The notes: generated from the letters alone by a model not told the origin. DNA of 64,000 nucleotides from an uncultured Fibrobacteraceae bacterium (GCA_964389015.1 CAYMCR010000003.1:43604-107603), one strand, 5' to 3'. Positions 28,931 through 39,582 are shown, counted from the stretch's first letter. A program made the numbers and translations.

Positions 28931-31927
28931 ATGCTCCGGCGCAAACATCTCGCGATCGTCCCGACACTCCTCTGGTTGGTGTTGCTGGCCCTCGTTTCGT
29001 CCTCCGTGGCGGTTCATGCCCAGCTTGCTCCGGGCATCGTCAAGGGCATCATCCGCGACACGGAAACAGACGAATTCCTGGATTACGCCAACGTCCTGCT
29101 GGATGACGGTGCACGAGGCACGATGTCCCTCGGCGGCGGCGTCTTCTACTTCCAGGGCCTGCGTCCGGGCACCCACACCATCCAGGTCCTGTACCTGGGC
29201 TATGCTCCCGAGACGATCACCGTCGAAGTCAAGTCGGGGGAGACCACCGAGATCCGCTTCGAAATGAAAGTCGTGATCGTCGAGACCCTCGATGCCTTCG
29301 CGGTCGAAGGCGCGCGTTACATGGTTGAGGTCAAGAACGCGACCACGGAGCAGAAATTCGGTGGCGACCGCCTGCAGGACTACGCCATCGACTCGGTCGA
29401 GGAAGCCGTCTCGAAGCAGGCCGGCGTCCAGATGCGAGACGGCCAGCTCTATATCCGCGGCGGCCGTTCCGGCGAGACTTCCATGCGTATCGACGGCGTG
29501 CCCGTGGACAACGTGGCCGGCGGCGGCGCTCTCGGCGTCTCGTCGATGGCGGTCGAGGCCACGCAACTGGTCACCGGTGGCATGAACGCGGAATACGGTT
29601 CCGCCATGTCCGGCGTCATCAACATCACCACCCGCACGGGTGGCGAGAACTTCGGGGGCGGCATCCGCTACATGACCGACGACTTCGGACGTCAGGACAA
29701 GACCTACACAAACTTCGACCGCTTCGAATTCGGTTTCGGCGGGCCCTCGCCGGTCGAGAAGCTGACCTATTTCTGCGCCGGCGACTTCTCCTTCACCGAC
29801 ACCGAGAACTATTCGGTCGCCAACCGTCCCGAATACCGCGTGAATCTCGGCAACACGACCCTCTTCCAGTTCCGCCGCCGCCAGGTCAACTCCCTGCGGG
29901 GATCGACCAAGTGGAAGTACGACTTCAGCGAGAACATGCGCCTGACCGGCGAGTACACGCTCAACTATGCGTCGAATGAGAGTTATTCGCCCAACTGGAG
30001 CGTGTCGGGCTATGCGCGCCGCGTGATCTACATGCCCATGATGATGCCGACACCCGGCGACGACTCCTGGCTCTATACGCGCAACTACGTGCCGGTCTAT
30101 TACGGACCCTGGTACGAGCACATGCACGAGACCGCGCACCCGGCGGTGGTAGTCGACTTCGACAACGCGAGCATGACACGCCGCGTGGCGCCCCTGCTCC
30201 AGGTCCGCGCCATCGACGGCCGGCTCTATACGGTGGCCGCCGAGCCTGGCTTCGACGGCTTCCGCTACCCGAACTCCTCCTTCTCCACGGCGCAGGAGGA
30301 CTCCTCGTACACCTGGTTCAATTCGGCCGACCGCAGCGGCGAGAACAGCAGCATCGGGCAGAACTTCAAGTTCGTGCTGACGCACAACCTCACCGAGAGC
30401 ACGTTCTACACGCTCGGCTTGAGCTATCTCGCCAACGACAACCTGTTCACGGTCAACGGCAAGGATCCCTGGGAATTCCAGCACGGCGGCATCTGGTCGC
30501 CCGGGCTGTTCGCCGGCCAGGCCCCGCTCTATCTGACCACCTCCGACTACTACACCGATCCCCTGAACCCGTTGTTCATCACCACGAGCGATTTCCCGTT
30601 CTATACCGAGAACTACGTGCGAACCTACCTGATGCGGTTCGAACTGGTGTCCACACGCTGGGAGGACCATCTCGTCAAGACGGGTCTACAGCTCCAGTAC
30701 AACGACATCGAGAGCTTGGCGCTGGCCAACCCGGCAATCGAGCGGCAGAACCGTTTCACCGGCAACTACAGCCTCGGCGCCAACTCGAACATCTACCACT
30801 CGTTCAACCCAGAGGCGTCCTGGTTCATCCAGGACCGCTGGGAGTACGAGGGCATGGTCATGAACTACGGCTTCCGCTGGGATCTGTTCTCACCGGGCTC
30901 GGCGGCCAAGATCCTGCTCGACAACGAGGACGTCGACAAGAACATCATCAAGTACAAGCATCAGTTCTCGCCGCGTCTCGGTTTTGCCTTCCCGATCACC
31001 GAGCGCGACGGCTTCAACTTCTCCTACGGACGGTTCATCCAGTTCCCGTCGCGTAACCTGCTGTTCAGCAGCCAGGACGCGGTGGGCAACACCGGCGTGC
31101 TCGGCAACCCGAACCTCAAGGCCGAGACCACCATCGCCTACCAGGCCGGCATCAAGCACCAGTTCACCGACTATCTTGCCGGCTCTGTCGCCATCTACTC
31201 GCGCGACATCTACGACCTCATCGCCTCGACCACCGTGACCGACGAGGAGACTGGCAACACCCTGCCGCGGTACATCAACAAGGCCTATGCCTCCGCGCGT
31301 GGTATCGAGTTCACGCTGAACAAGAGGTTCTCGAACAACTTCGCGTTCGATCTGGCCTACACCTTCTCCTACGCGGACGGCGTGGCCTCTTCGCAGCAGT
31401 TCGGCGCCAACCCCGAGGGCCTCGAGTTCCTGCCCAACCAGGAGCTGCCGCTGAACTGGGACCAAAGGCACGTGTTCCATTTGTCGTTGAGACTGGCCGA
31501 ACCCCAATCCTGGGCCGGCTCGGTGACCTTCTCCTACGGCAGCGGCTTTCCCTGGACGCCCTTCGACCGCTACGCGCGCAAGCAGGATCCGCTGATCGAG
31601 AACAGCATGCGTCTGCCGGCCACCTATGATCTGGCACTGCAGGGCGAGCGTCAGATCAACTTCTACGGCCAGCAGCTGACCCTGTTCATGCAGGCTCGCA
31701 ACTTGATCAACCAGGACATGGTCCGCTCCACGGGAGCCGGCATCTTCCCGGGGATGCGCAACGCCGCTAACGCCGGCTCGACTTACCTGACCGAAACCGG
31801 CAAGTACGGCGGCGCCTATCTGCAGGATTCGGACGGCGACAACTACAACGAATTCATCCCGATCAACGACCCCCGCGTCTTCATGGACCACCGTCTCTTC
31901 CGCGTGGGCATCGGCTGGCAGTTCTAG
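28931..31927 (+). CDS. TonB-dependent outer-membrane receptor (998 aa)
   Basis: Signal peptide, N-terminal carboxypeptidase-regulatory-like domain, plug (LYIRGGRSGE...IDGVPV, GGMNAEYGSAMSGVINI), FSPRLG, GNPNLKAE, C-terminal IGWQF; ATG after AAAGGAG. Confidence 0.92.
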   Translation: MLRRKHLAIVPTLLWLVLLALVSSSVAVHAQLAPGIVKGIIRDTETDEFLDYANVLLDDGARGTMSLGGGVFYFQGLRPGTHTIQVLYLGYAPETITVEVKSGETTEIRFEMKVVIVETLDAFAVEGARYMVEVKNATTEQKFGGDRLQDYAIDSVEEAVSKQAGVQMRDGQLYIRGGRSGETSMRIDGVPVDNVAGGGALGVSSMAVEATQLVTGGMNAEYGSAMSGVINITTRTGGENFGGGIRYMTDDFGRQDKTYTNFDRFEFGFGGPSPVEKLTYFCAGDFSFTDTENYSVANRPEYRVNLGNTTLFQFRRRQVNSLRGSTKWKYDFSENMRLTGEYTLNYASNESYSPNWSVSGYARRVIYMPMMMPTPGDDSWLYTRNYVPVYYGPWYEHMHETAHPAVVVDFDNASMTRRVAPLLQVRAIDGRLYTVAAEPGFDGFRYPNSSFSTAQEDSSYTWFNSADRSGENSSIGQNFKFVLTHNLTESTFYTLGLSYLANDNLFTVNGKDPWEFQHGGIWSPGLFAGQAPLYLTTSDYYTDPLNPLFITTSDFPFYTENYVRTYLMRFELVSTRWEDHLVKTGLQLQYNDIESLALANPAIERQNRFTGNYSLGANSNIYHSFNPEASWFIQDRWEYEGMVMNYGFRWDLFSPGSAAKILLDNEDVDKNIIKYKHQFSPRLGFAFPITERDGFNFSYGRFIQFPSRNLLFSSQDAVGNTGVLGNPNLKAETTIAYQAGIKHQFTDYLAGSVAIYSRDIYDLIASTTVTDEETGNTLPRYINKAYASARGIEFTLNKRFSNNFAFDLAYTFSYADGVASSQQFGANPEGLEFLPNQELPLNWDQRHVFHLSLRLAEPQSWAGSVTFSYGSGFPWTPFDRYARKQDPLIENSMRLPATYDLALQGERQINFYGQQLTLFMQARNLINQDMVRSTGAGIFPGMRNAANAGSTYLTETGKYGGAYLQDSDGDNYNEFIPINDPRVFMDHRLFRVGIGWQF

Positions 31928-31981
31928 GGATATGCATTCTCCGGTATGCGCCGAGGCAAACCGTAGAGGGAAGGATCGAGA

Positions 31982-34771
31982 ATGACTCATAGCCGCAGCG
32001 TTTCGCACGTGCGTTTACAGCGCCACATGCGACTTGCCCTGGCCGTCGCCGGTGTGCTGGTTTTGACGGGCCCGGCCGCGTTGGCCTGGGTGGATATGAC
32101 CGATTTCGGTGTCGATCCCTATCCGCAGCCGGACGGCATATACATTACCGACGGCTCGTATGTCATGAACGTCGGCGAGTTGCACGTCAACATCACCAAC
32201 TTCGGACTCATCGGCTCCATGGCGCCGGCTACTTGCTCGTGGTGTGACGCTCCTTCCGCCCAGTGGCCGGCCGGTTCGGGTGTCGAGTACCTGTGGGCCG
32301 CCGGGCTCTGGGTCGGCGGCACGATGCTCGGTGAACGGCTTGTGTCGACCGGCCAGTTCGAACGCGAGATCCTCGCTACCAGCGAAATCGAGGACACCAT
32401 CTACGAGGCTATCGGCGGCAGCCTCATCCGCCCGCCGGGTAATCCCGAAGCCAGCGGCAAGCGCGTGCCCGAAGCGGAGTCCAACGACGACGATGATTAC
32501 GACAACTTCGGCGTGGCGCGCATCGACGAGGAGACCCTGAACGGCTTCGACGACGACGATGACGGATTGATCGACGAGGACTTCGCGCAGATCGGCAACC
32601 AGATGATGGTCTGCACGATGTACGACAACACCCGTCTCGCCGCGGAACTCAATCCGGACCACACGGCCCTGAACCTGAAGGTCATCCAGAAATCCTATGC
32701 CTGGGAGAATGACGACGCCGACGACTTCGTGGGTTTCGAGTTCGAGATCACGAACATCGGCGTCGCACCGATCAACGACGTGTACATCGGCTTCTTCGCC
32801 GACTCGGACGTCGGCCCACGCGATCGGCCGGGGCGTGCCGAGGATGACATGGCGGGCAGTTTTGACGGCTTCGTGCAGGCGCGCGACAGGACCTGGGTGC
32901 CCGTGACCCTGGGCTACATGTACGACGCCGACCTGGACGACGGAGCCTCCCTCGGCTATTTCGGTGTGGCCTTCCTGAGCCACGACACGGATCCCACCGG
33001 CAACTCCGCACCGGAACACGTTTCGCTGCGCGGCTTCCGCCATTTCTCCGGCCAGGCGGCTTTCGACCAGGGTGGCGACCCCACCAACGATTCAGAGCGC
33101 TACCAGCTACTCAGCGAGGAATATATCATGCCCGCCACTCAGGAGGGCCGTGAGAACGACTACCGCTTCCTGGTGTCGGTAGGACCCTTCGCCGAACTCC
33201 CGCCCGACGAGACCTTGACCTTTCAGGCGGCGCTCGTGTGCGGCAACGGACTGGCCGGCCTTGTGGCCAACGCGGCGGAGGCCGTACTGACCTGGCAAGG
33301 GAACCTCTTCGACCTCGACAGCAATAGCCAGACGGGTACCAACGGCCGGGAATCCCTGATCTGCGCCAACGATTTCCCGGAAGGCGCCATCTTCGACTGG
33401 GTGGCCGACCTGATCGACCAGTCCTGCGTGCCGACCGATTTCCTCCTGGCCTTCCCTCGGATCAGCGCCGACGACCTGGATGAAGAGAGCTGCCTGTACG
33501 TCAACAGGGACAACTGCTACGAATGCGGCCGCCAGGCCGGCCAGTACTGCACGGCTGACAACCGGCTCATCACGACCTCCTGGAACTGCTACGATCCGAC
33601 CATCGCCGACGTCAACAAGAAGGGCTGTACCGGGATAGGGGGCAAGGAGACGCAGGTCCACTGGCTGGTGGGCATGGCGCCGCCACCGCCCGGCACGCGG
33701 CTATGGCCCACCGACAGGTCCGTCCACGTCTTCTGGGACAACCGCAGCGAAACGACCCCCGACGTCCGTAGCAACAGGATCGACTTCGAGTCGTACCGCA
33801 TCTGGCGCGCCGACAACTGGGAGCGCCCGTACGGAGCCTCTATCGAGAACGGACCCGAGAGCGGCCTGTGGCAGCTGATCGCCGAGTACGACCTGGACAA
33901 CGTCTACGTGCAGACCCGCGAGTTGATCGACGGCTCGGTCGTAACCGATACGCTCCCCCTCGGGCGCAATACCACCCTCGAGGAGATTCGCTATACGCCG
34001 GTGAGTCTTTCCGATCCCACCTTCGAGGGCCTGGCCGAAGCCATGCACCAGGTGGTCGCGCTCGACTCGCTCGGTCTCTACCAGTCGCGCCCTTCGCTCT
34101 ATGACTCCGATGGGAACGTGGTGGAGGGGCTCGAGATCCTACTGCCGTGGCAAGGTTATCCCGCCGTGCTGGATACGTTCTTCTGGGTGACCCCGCGTGT
34201 GGCTCTGAGCCCGATCCATGTCGCCAAGAGCGCAATCGAATTCTACGAGTACGTGGACAACGAGGTTCACAACGGCTTCCTGTACTTCTATTCGGTGACG
34301 GCCACCGATCATGAGATGGAAATCAACTTGGACAATACGATCACCATCGTCGGCGATGGTATCACCGGTGACCCGGGCACCTCGTTCACCGACACCCGCC
34401 CGGGGGCCGTGGCCCAGTCGGCCGAGGAACGGGCCCGGAACGGGGCGAATATCTACGCGTACCCGAATCCGGCCACGCGGGATGCCCTGGAGGGATTCCA
34501 GCAGTTCTATCCGAATGCCGACGACCCGACGGGCGTCCGGGTGTGTTTCGCCAACCTGCCCCAATCGAGCAACTCGGTAAAGATCTACACGCTGGATGGA
34601 GATCTGGTCGAGACGATCGATCACGACGGATCCGAGGGCTATGGCGAGGTTTGCTGGAACCTGGTGAGCCGTAACGGACAGGAAGTGGTGAGCGGTATCT
34701 ACCTGTTCACCGTCGAGTCTCAGGACACCAGATTTGACGACTTCATCGGAAAGTTCGTCATTATACGTTAG
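31982..34771 (+). CDS. Large secreted protein with T9SS type-A/FlgD-like C-terminal domain
   Basis: Signal peptide; acidic DDDDDGLIDED motif; Cys-rich segment; C-terminus YPNP...VKIYTLDGDLV...WNLVSRNGQEVVSGIY...GKFVIIR. Confidence 0.8.
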   Translation: MTHSRSVSHVRLQRHMRLALAVAGVLVLTGPAALAWVDMTDFGVDPYPQPDGIYITDGSYVMNVGELHVNITNFGLIGSMAPATCSWCDAPSAQWPAGSGVEYLWAAGLWVGGTMLGERLVSTGQFEREILATSEIEDTIYEAIGGSLIRPPGNPEASGKRVPEAESNDDDDYDNFGVARIDEETLNGFDDDDDGLIDEDFAQIGNQMMVCTMYDNTRLAAELNPDHTALNLKVIQKSYAWENDDADDFVGFEFEITNIGVAPINDVYIGFFADSDVGPRDRPGRAEDDMAGSFDGFVQARDRTWVPVTLGYMYDADLDDGASLGYFGVAFLSHDTDPTGNSAPEHVSLRGFRHFSGQAAFDQGGDPTNDSERYQLLSEEYIMPATQEGRENDYRFLVSVGPFAELPPDETLTFQAALVCGNGLAGLVANAAEAVLTWQGNLFDLDSNSQTGTNGRESLICANDFPEGAIFDWVADLIDQSCVPTDFLLAFPRISADDLDEESCLYVNRDNCYECGRQAGQYCTADNRLITTSWNCYDPTIADVNKKGCTGIGGKETQVHWLVGMAPPPPGTRLWPTDRSVHVFWDNRSETTPDVRSNRIDFESYRIWRADNWERPYGASIENGPESGLWQLIAEYDLDNVYVQTRELIDGSVVTDTLPLGRNTTLEEIRYTPVSLSDPTFEGLAEAMHQVVALDSLGLYQSRPSLYDSDGNVVEGLEILLPWQGYPAVLDTFFWVTPRVALSPIHVAKSAIEFYEYVDNEVHNGFLYFYSVTATDHEMEINLDNTITIVGDGITGDPGTSFTDTRPGAVAQSAEERARNGANIYAYPNPATRDALEGFQQFYPNADDPTGVRVCFANLPQSSNSVKIYTLDGDLVETIDHDGSEGYGEVCWNLVSRNGQEVVSGIYLFTVESQDTRFDDFIGKFVIIR

Positions 34772-34836
34772 AACGTCGTCTGCCGGTGGCAAGCCGGCGC
34801 GGACGAACTCCGTCAAGGACGGACCTGGAGGTTTTC

Positions 34837-35769
34837 ATGAAGCGCATCGCATTGCTCGTCTTCGTCGCCTTGGCCCTGCCACAGGCGGCTAACGCGCAGC
34901 TCTTTGCCAAGGTCGGTACCTTCGGCGCGCAGTTCCTGCAGATCGGAACCAGCGCCCGGGCCACGGGGATGGGCTCGGCGTTCACGGCCCTCGCCGACGA
35001 TGCCAGCTCCGTCTTCTGGAATCCGGCCGGTCTGGTCGAGGTGCGGGGCAACGAGTTCCTCGCTGCGCAGGTCGAATGGCCGGCGGACATCAACCTCAGC
35101 TCCGCCGTCATGGCTTTCAATCCCCGCATTCTGCCCGGCACTTTCGCCTTGTCGGTACGTTCGCTCTGGCTGGATCCGATGCTGGTCAGGACAGGACATG
35201 TGCCGGAGGGCAACGGTCAGACCTTCGATGCGGGCATGGTCGGTTTCGGCTTTTCCTACAGCCGCTTCTGGACCGACAAGTTCTCCGCCGGCTTCACCTT
35301 GAACTATCTCCATCTCGGTCTGGCCGAGGAAGCCGTCAACACGGCGAGCTTCGACTTCGGGATCATCTACCGCATCGGCGTGCGCGATCTGCGGCTGGGC
35401 ATGGTCATCCAGAATCTCGGCGGCAAGATCACGTACGACGAGTTGCCGTCGAAGATGCCCACGATCTTCAAGGTCGGCGCCTGTTTCAACCTGGCGAAGA
35501 CCAGGAACCACACCCTGGTGGCCGCCGGTGAATTCCAGCATCCCTCCGACAACACGGAGCGGGCAAACGTGGGTCTCGAGTACAAGTTGAAGGAGCTGCT
35601 CTACCTGCGCGGCGGCTACTACATCAGCTACGATACCAACGAGTATTCCGGCGGCTTCGGCGTCATCATCAACACGGGCCAGGACACACGGGCCGTCGTC
35701 GATTACAGCATGGTGAGCATGAGCGCGCTGAGTCTCGTCCACCGGCTCAGTCTCACGGTCGTGTACTGA
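34837..35769 (+). CDS. PorV/PorQ-family outer-membrane barrel
   Basis: AQFLQIGTSARATGMGSAF...FWNPAGL, SFDFGIIY, YLRGGY, HRLSLTVVY. Confidence 0.85.
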   Translation: MKRIALLVFVALALPQAANAQLFAKVGTFGAQFLQIGTSARATGMGSAFTALADDASSVFWNPAGLVEVRGNEFLAAQVEWPADINLSSAVMAFNPRILPGTFALSVRSLWLDPMLVRTGHVPEGNGQTFDAGMVGFGFSYSRFWTDKFSAGFTLNYLHLGLAEEAVNTASFDFGIIYRIGVRDLRLGMVIQNLGGKITYDELPSKMPTIFKVGACFNLAKTRNHTLVAAGEFQHPSDNTERANVGLEYKLKELLYLRGGYYISYDTNEYSGGFGVIINTGQDTRAVVDYSMVSMSALSLVHRLSLTVVY

Positions 35770-35788
35770 TAGCTCCGACTTTCCCACG

Positions 35789-35820
35789 ACACCCGTTCCT
35801 CACCTCCAGGGAGCGGGTGT
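35789..35820 (+). terminator. Hairpin after the PorV/PorQ gene
   Basis: ACACCCGTTCC pairs with GGAGCGGGTGT (one G-U); weak T tail. Confidence 0.5.
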
Positions 35821-35830
35821 TCGTCGTCTA

Positions 35831-35859
35831 TTGCTGTAAATAGCGTGATTCCGTATGTT
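35831..35859 (+). promoter_or_regulatory. Putative sigma70 promoter
   Basis: TTGCTG, 17 nt, TATGTT in an AT-rich gap. Confidence 0.5.
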
Positions 35860-35910
35860 TCAGTCTGCAGATCCGTTCGCGCAACCAGCGGTTCCAAGCG
35901 GCAGAGGTTG

Positions 35911-37566
35911 ATGATGGATTCACTCACCAGGGGTACGCGTGCGGCGACCGTCGCCGGCGCCGTGCCGCACACCTCGCTCGTATACGGCCTATTGCTTCTT
36001 CCCCTGACTGTACTGCTGATCTTCCTGCTCGCGGCCTGCGCAGCCGACGCGGCGCTGGTGCGCCCTTGGGATGGCACCGGCGACTTCTCGTACGTCCTGG
36101 ACGTCGTCGAACGCCCGCGCGAAGACGGTGTGGTCGATCTGGTCCTGCTGTTTTCTGTGCCCAACGCGGAGTTGCGTTTTCAGGAGGAGTGGGGCGGCGG
36201 CCAGCGCGGCAAGCTCGCGGTGACGGCGTCCCTGCGCAGCGACCACGGGACGGTGGCACGTGAGGTGGAACTCGATCTGATCGCCCGCTCACGTGGCGAT
36301 GCGTCCGCACAGACCGCCTACCAGGTCTTCACCCTGACGCTGCCGGATGTCACCTGCCAGGTTGGCTACCTGCGCTGCGAACTGCGTGACCTGGAAGCGG
36401 GGCGGGTGCTGCACCTGAGCGAAGCGGACGCCGCCGATCCAAGCAGCGTTGTCGAGGGTGAATGGTACAGGGACGAAGCCCGACAGGAGGGCCACGGCCT
36501 GTGGCTGGGCTCCCCGCTCTACCTGGCGGGGGCGCCGAGCCAGGAGATCGCGGCCTCGCATGCGGACGACGCCCGGCCCGAACATACGCTGCTGGGCCGG
36601 TTCCTCCATCCCAACCGCCGTTACGGGATCGAGCAGTCCACTCTCCAGATCGTGTTCGACATCGAGGCGCTGGGGCTGACACAGGAGAATGCCGGTCATC
36701 TGCCGCGCAATCTGCTGGTCCAGCTGCTGTCGACCGAGTTGGACTATGCGATGCGTGATACCGTGGCGCTGGACCTCGAACCCGCGGCCTTCGTCGCCAG
36801 GGGAGGGCTGGCCGAGATCGCCTGGGAGTACGACGTCAACAACCTGCCGCCCGGCACGTATCAGTTGAGCTGCGCCCCGCTGGACGGCTACGGGAATTCA
36901 TGGCTCACGGAGTTCGACGTATTCTGGTCTCTCCAGTCCTTCTCACGTCCCGCGGACGAGCAATTCCTGATCGGCAGCATAGTGCTGCTCGGCGATCGCC
37001 GCGACGCTTTTGGCAGGGCAGGCGACAGCGGCCGCGAGGCCATTCTGGCCAAGTTCTGGGACGAGAACGATCCCGATCCCGACACGCCCGGCAACGAGGC
37101 CTTGGTGGAGTTCCGACGCCGGATGTCCTATGTCTCGCAGTTCCTCGGCGGCTTCGGCCGCTCGGGGCCGATCGACGACCGCGGCCTGATCTACCTCATG
37201 CTCGGCGAACCGGACGAGGTCCAGCAAGAGGTCATCCCGATCAACTCGCGCAGCTTTCTCGATGCGATCGACCGTGTATACACTTCGTTCCTGAACGTCA
37301 ACTACGGCGAGGTGATGCACGACGACTATTCGAGCGAAGCCCAGACCCAACAGGCCGTCAGGCAGAGGCTGAACCGGGCCACCAGCATCGAGACTTTCAA
37401 GTCCTTCGAATTGTGGATCTACCACAGCAACGGTGCTCAGCTTTTCCGAAACGCCTACTCGGGCATGCCGCTCGGTCAGCGCTTTCTGTTCCTGGCCCGA
37501 TTGGGGGGGAGCGCGTACCATCTGGAATTGACCAGTGACTGGGACCAAGGCACGCCCGGTCCCTGA
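35911..37566 (+). CDS. GWxTD-domain protein, possible lipoprotein
   Basis: FWDENDPDPDTPGNE...EFRRR...GPIDDRGLIYLMLGEPD matches the GWxTD domain layout; hydrophobic segment ending LAAC. Confidence 0.82.
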   Translation: MMDSLTRGTRAATVAGAVPHTSLVYGLLLLPLTVLLIFLLAACAADAALVRPWDGTGDFSYVLDVVERPREDGVVDLVLLFSVPNAELRFQEEWGGGQRGKLAVTASLRSDHGTVAREVELDLIARSRGDASAQTAYQVFTLTLPDVTCQVGYLRCELRDLEAGRVLHLSEADAADPSSVVEGEWYRDEARQEGHGLWLGSPLYLAGAPSQEIAASHADDARPEHTLLGRFLHPNRRYGIEQSTLQIVFDIEALGLTQENAGHLPRNLLVQLLSTELDYAMRDTVALDLEPAAFVARGGLAEIAWEYDVNNLPPGTYQLSCAPLDGYGNSWLTEFDVFWSLQSFSRPADEQFLIGSIVLLGDRRDAFGRAGDSGREAILAKFWDENDPDPDTPGNEALVEFRRRMSYVSQFLGGFGRSGPIDDRGLIYLMLGEPDEVQQEVIPINSRSFLDAIDRVYTSFLNVNYGEVMHDDYSSEAQTQQAVRQRLNRATSIETFKSFELWIYHSNGAQLFRNAYSGMPLGQRFLFLARLGGSAYHLELTSDWDQGTPGP

Positions 37567-37626
37567 CACGTCCACAAGCCCGGAAAGCGTTGCTGGAAAT
37601 ACAAAACTGTTGACTTGGTAAGTGCG

Positions 37627-37655
37627 TTGACACTTATTTCAGGACACAATATACT
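37627..37655 (+). promoter_or_regulatory. Near-consensus sigma70 promoter for exbB-exbD-exbD-tonB
   Basis: TTGACA, 17 nt, TATACT. Confidence 0.75.
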
Positions 37656-37806
37656 TGCCGGCCAAGGCCGGTTTGGGCGGTTCGAATAACAGTCACTGAC
37701 CACGACTTGGCCCGGCTGAATGCGCGGACGGCCTCCACTCGCCCCCGCTGCCTCTCAGCAGACTGAGTTCTTACGGGTTTCATTCAGGAAAGGGAGATCT
37801 GGCACA

Positions 37807-38679
37807 ATGACACGTCACGGTACGTTCAAATATGCCGTCCATGGGTTGATCTGCATCTTTCTGTTCGCGGCGGCCCTGTCGCTTCCGGCAGTGAGCCGGG
37901 CACAGGAAGAGACTGCGGATGGACCGAACGTCGAAGGAATCATGGCGACCGCCGACTCCCTTGGCTTCGCCTCGAGCGCCGCGGATTCGGGCAACGAAGT
38001 TCCCGTGATCATCGAGAGGCGAGGCGGCCTGATGGGCGCCATCGAACGCAGCGCCTTCGGTAGATCCGGCGCGGGCGAGCTGTTCGTCAAGGGCGGCAAC
38101 TTCATGTGGTGGCTGCTCGCTGCGGCCCTGCTCGGTCTCGTCTTCATGATCGAGCGTCTGTGGACGCTCAACCGGGCGCACGTGAACACCCGTAAGCTGA
38201 TCGGTACCGTGATCACCACCCTGCGCAACGACGGCGTGCAGGCAGCCGGTGAGGAATGCCAGAAGGTGCGCGGACCCATCGCAGCCATTCTCTATTCCGG
38301 TCTGCAGAAGGCCGACCGCGGTCCCGATGCGGTGGAGAAGGCCATCACCACGGCCGGCACCATCGAGATGGCGTTTCTCGAACGCGGTCTGATCTGGATC
38401 TCGTCGGTGTCCACCATCGCGCCCCTGATCGGATTCCTGGGTACGGTCTCCGGTATGATCAACGCTTTCGAGGCCATCGCCACCAGCGACACGGTCAACG
38501 CCCAGCTGGTCGCGGCCGGTATCTCGGAAGCCCTGATCACCACCGCCACGGGTCTGGTGTTGGCCATTCCCACGTCGATCGCCTTCAACTACTTCGTGTC
38601 GCGCATCGACAGGTTCGTGATCGAGATGGAAGAGGCTTCGGCGGAGCTCGTCGAGGAACTGATTCGGCAGCAGCACTGA
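37807..38679 (+). CDS. exbB: MotA/TolQ/ExbB proton channel
   Basis: LFVKGGNFMW, APLIGFLGTVSGMINAF, GISEALITTATGL; N-terminal signal-like extension. Confidence 0.92.
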   Translation: MTRHGTFKYAVHGLICIFLFAAALSLPAVSRAQEETADGPNVEGIMATADSLGFASSAADSGNEVPVIIERRGGLMGAIERSAFGRSGAGELFVKGGNFMWWLLAAALLGLVFMIERLWTLNRAHVNTRKLIGTVITTLRNDGVQAAGEECQKVRGPIAAILYSGLQKADRGPDAVEKAITTAGTIEMAFLERGLIWISSVSTIAPLIGFLGTVSGMINAFEAIATSDTVNAQLVAAGISEALITTATGLVLAIPTSIAFNYFVSRIDRFVIEMEEASAELVEELIRQQH

Positions 38680-38720
38680 TGATCGTCGCCCCCGCGGGCG
38701 ACGGCACAAGGAGATGAAGC

Positions 38721-39137
38721 GTGGGCATCCTGGCCAAGCGCAAGAGGAAACGGGGAATGGGTGAGATCCCCATGGCGTCCACCAGCGACGTCGCCTTCCT
38801 GCTGTTGATCTTCTTCATCGTGATGCCGATGAAGCAGGACGAGATCGGCATTTCCCTGGTGCTGCCCGGCAAGACCGAGAAATCGGTGGTGCGGATCAAG
38901 CAGAGCAACGTGGCGACCATTCGCGTACACGCCAACCATCAGCTCACTCTTGACAACCAGCACATACGACTTTCCGATATCCAGGAAGTCATCAGGGAGC
39001 GCGTGGAATCCAACGACAAGACCGTGGTCATCCTGGAAACCCATCCCGACGCCGACTACGGCATGATGATCGCCTGCCTGGACGAGGTGAAGCTCTCCGG
39101 TGCCAGGAAGTTCACTCTCAAGACCACCAAGATGTAG
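38721..39137 (+). CDS. exbD: ExbD/TolR family protein
   Basis: STSDVAFLLLIFFIV with the conserved TM Asp; ADYG...LDEVK. Confidence 0.9.
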   Translation: MGILAKRKRKRGMGEIPMASTSDVAFLLLIFFIVMPMKQDEIGISLVLPGKTEKSVVRIKQSNVATIRVHANHQLTLDNQHIRLSDIQEVIRERVESNDKTVVILETHPDADYGMMIACLDEVKLSGARKFTLKTTKM

Positions 39138-39152
39138 GAAGGAGGAGAGGCC

Positions 39153-39572
39153 ATGAAGTTCGAACGGACGACCAAGAAGGAATCCTACATCCCGACCTCC
39201 TCCATGGGCGACATCGCCTTCCTGCTGCTGGTCTTCTTCATGGTGACCGTCGTGTTCACCGAGGAAACCGGCCTGGTGGTGAAGCTTCCCCGCGCCGAAG
39301 CGGGCGAAGAGGGCATTCGCGAGCTCATCAGCAATATCTACATCAACGAGATGGGCAAGATCTCCATCGACGATATGATCGTGAGAACGGCGGACGTGGC
39401 CCCGGTCATATCCCAGAAGCTGGCGGCGAACCCTTATCTGATAGTTGCGTTCAAGACCGACAAGCACACGCCCTACGGCGTGGTGAGTGATGTCATGGAG
39501 GGCCTGAAGGAGGCCAAGGCCGTGAAGGTCTTCTTCAATACGGACATGGAACTGCCCGGCGTGCAATTCTAA
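39153..39572 (+). CDS. exbD: Second ExbD/TolR family protein
   Basis: SSMGDIAFLLLVFFMVT, KTDKHTPYGVVSDVM. Confidence 0.9.
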   Translation: MKFERTTKKESYIPTSSMGDIAFLLLVFFMVTVVFTEETGLVVKLPRAEAGEEGIRELISNIYINEMGKISIDDMIVRTADVAPVISQKLAANPYLIVAFKTDKHTPYGVVSDVMEGLKEAKAVKVFFNTDMELPGVQF

Positions 39573-39582
39573 GCAGGTGAGG

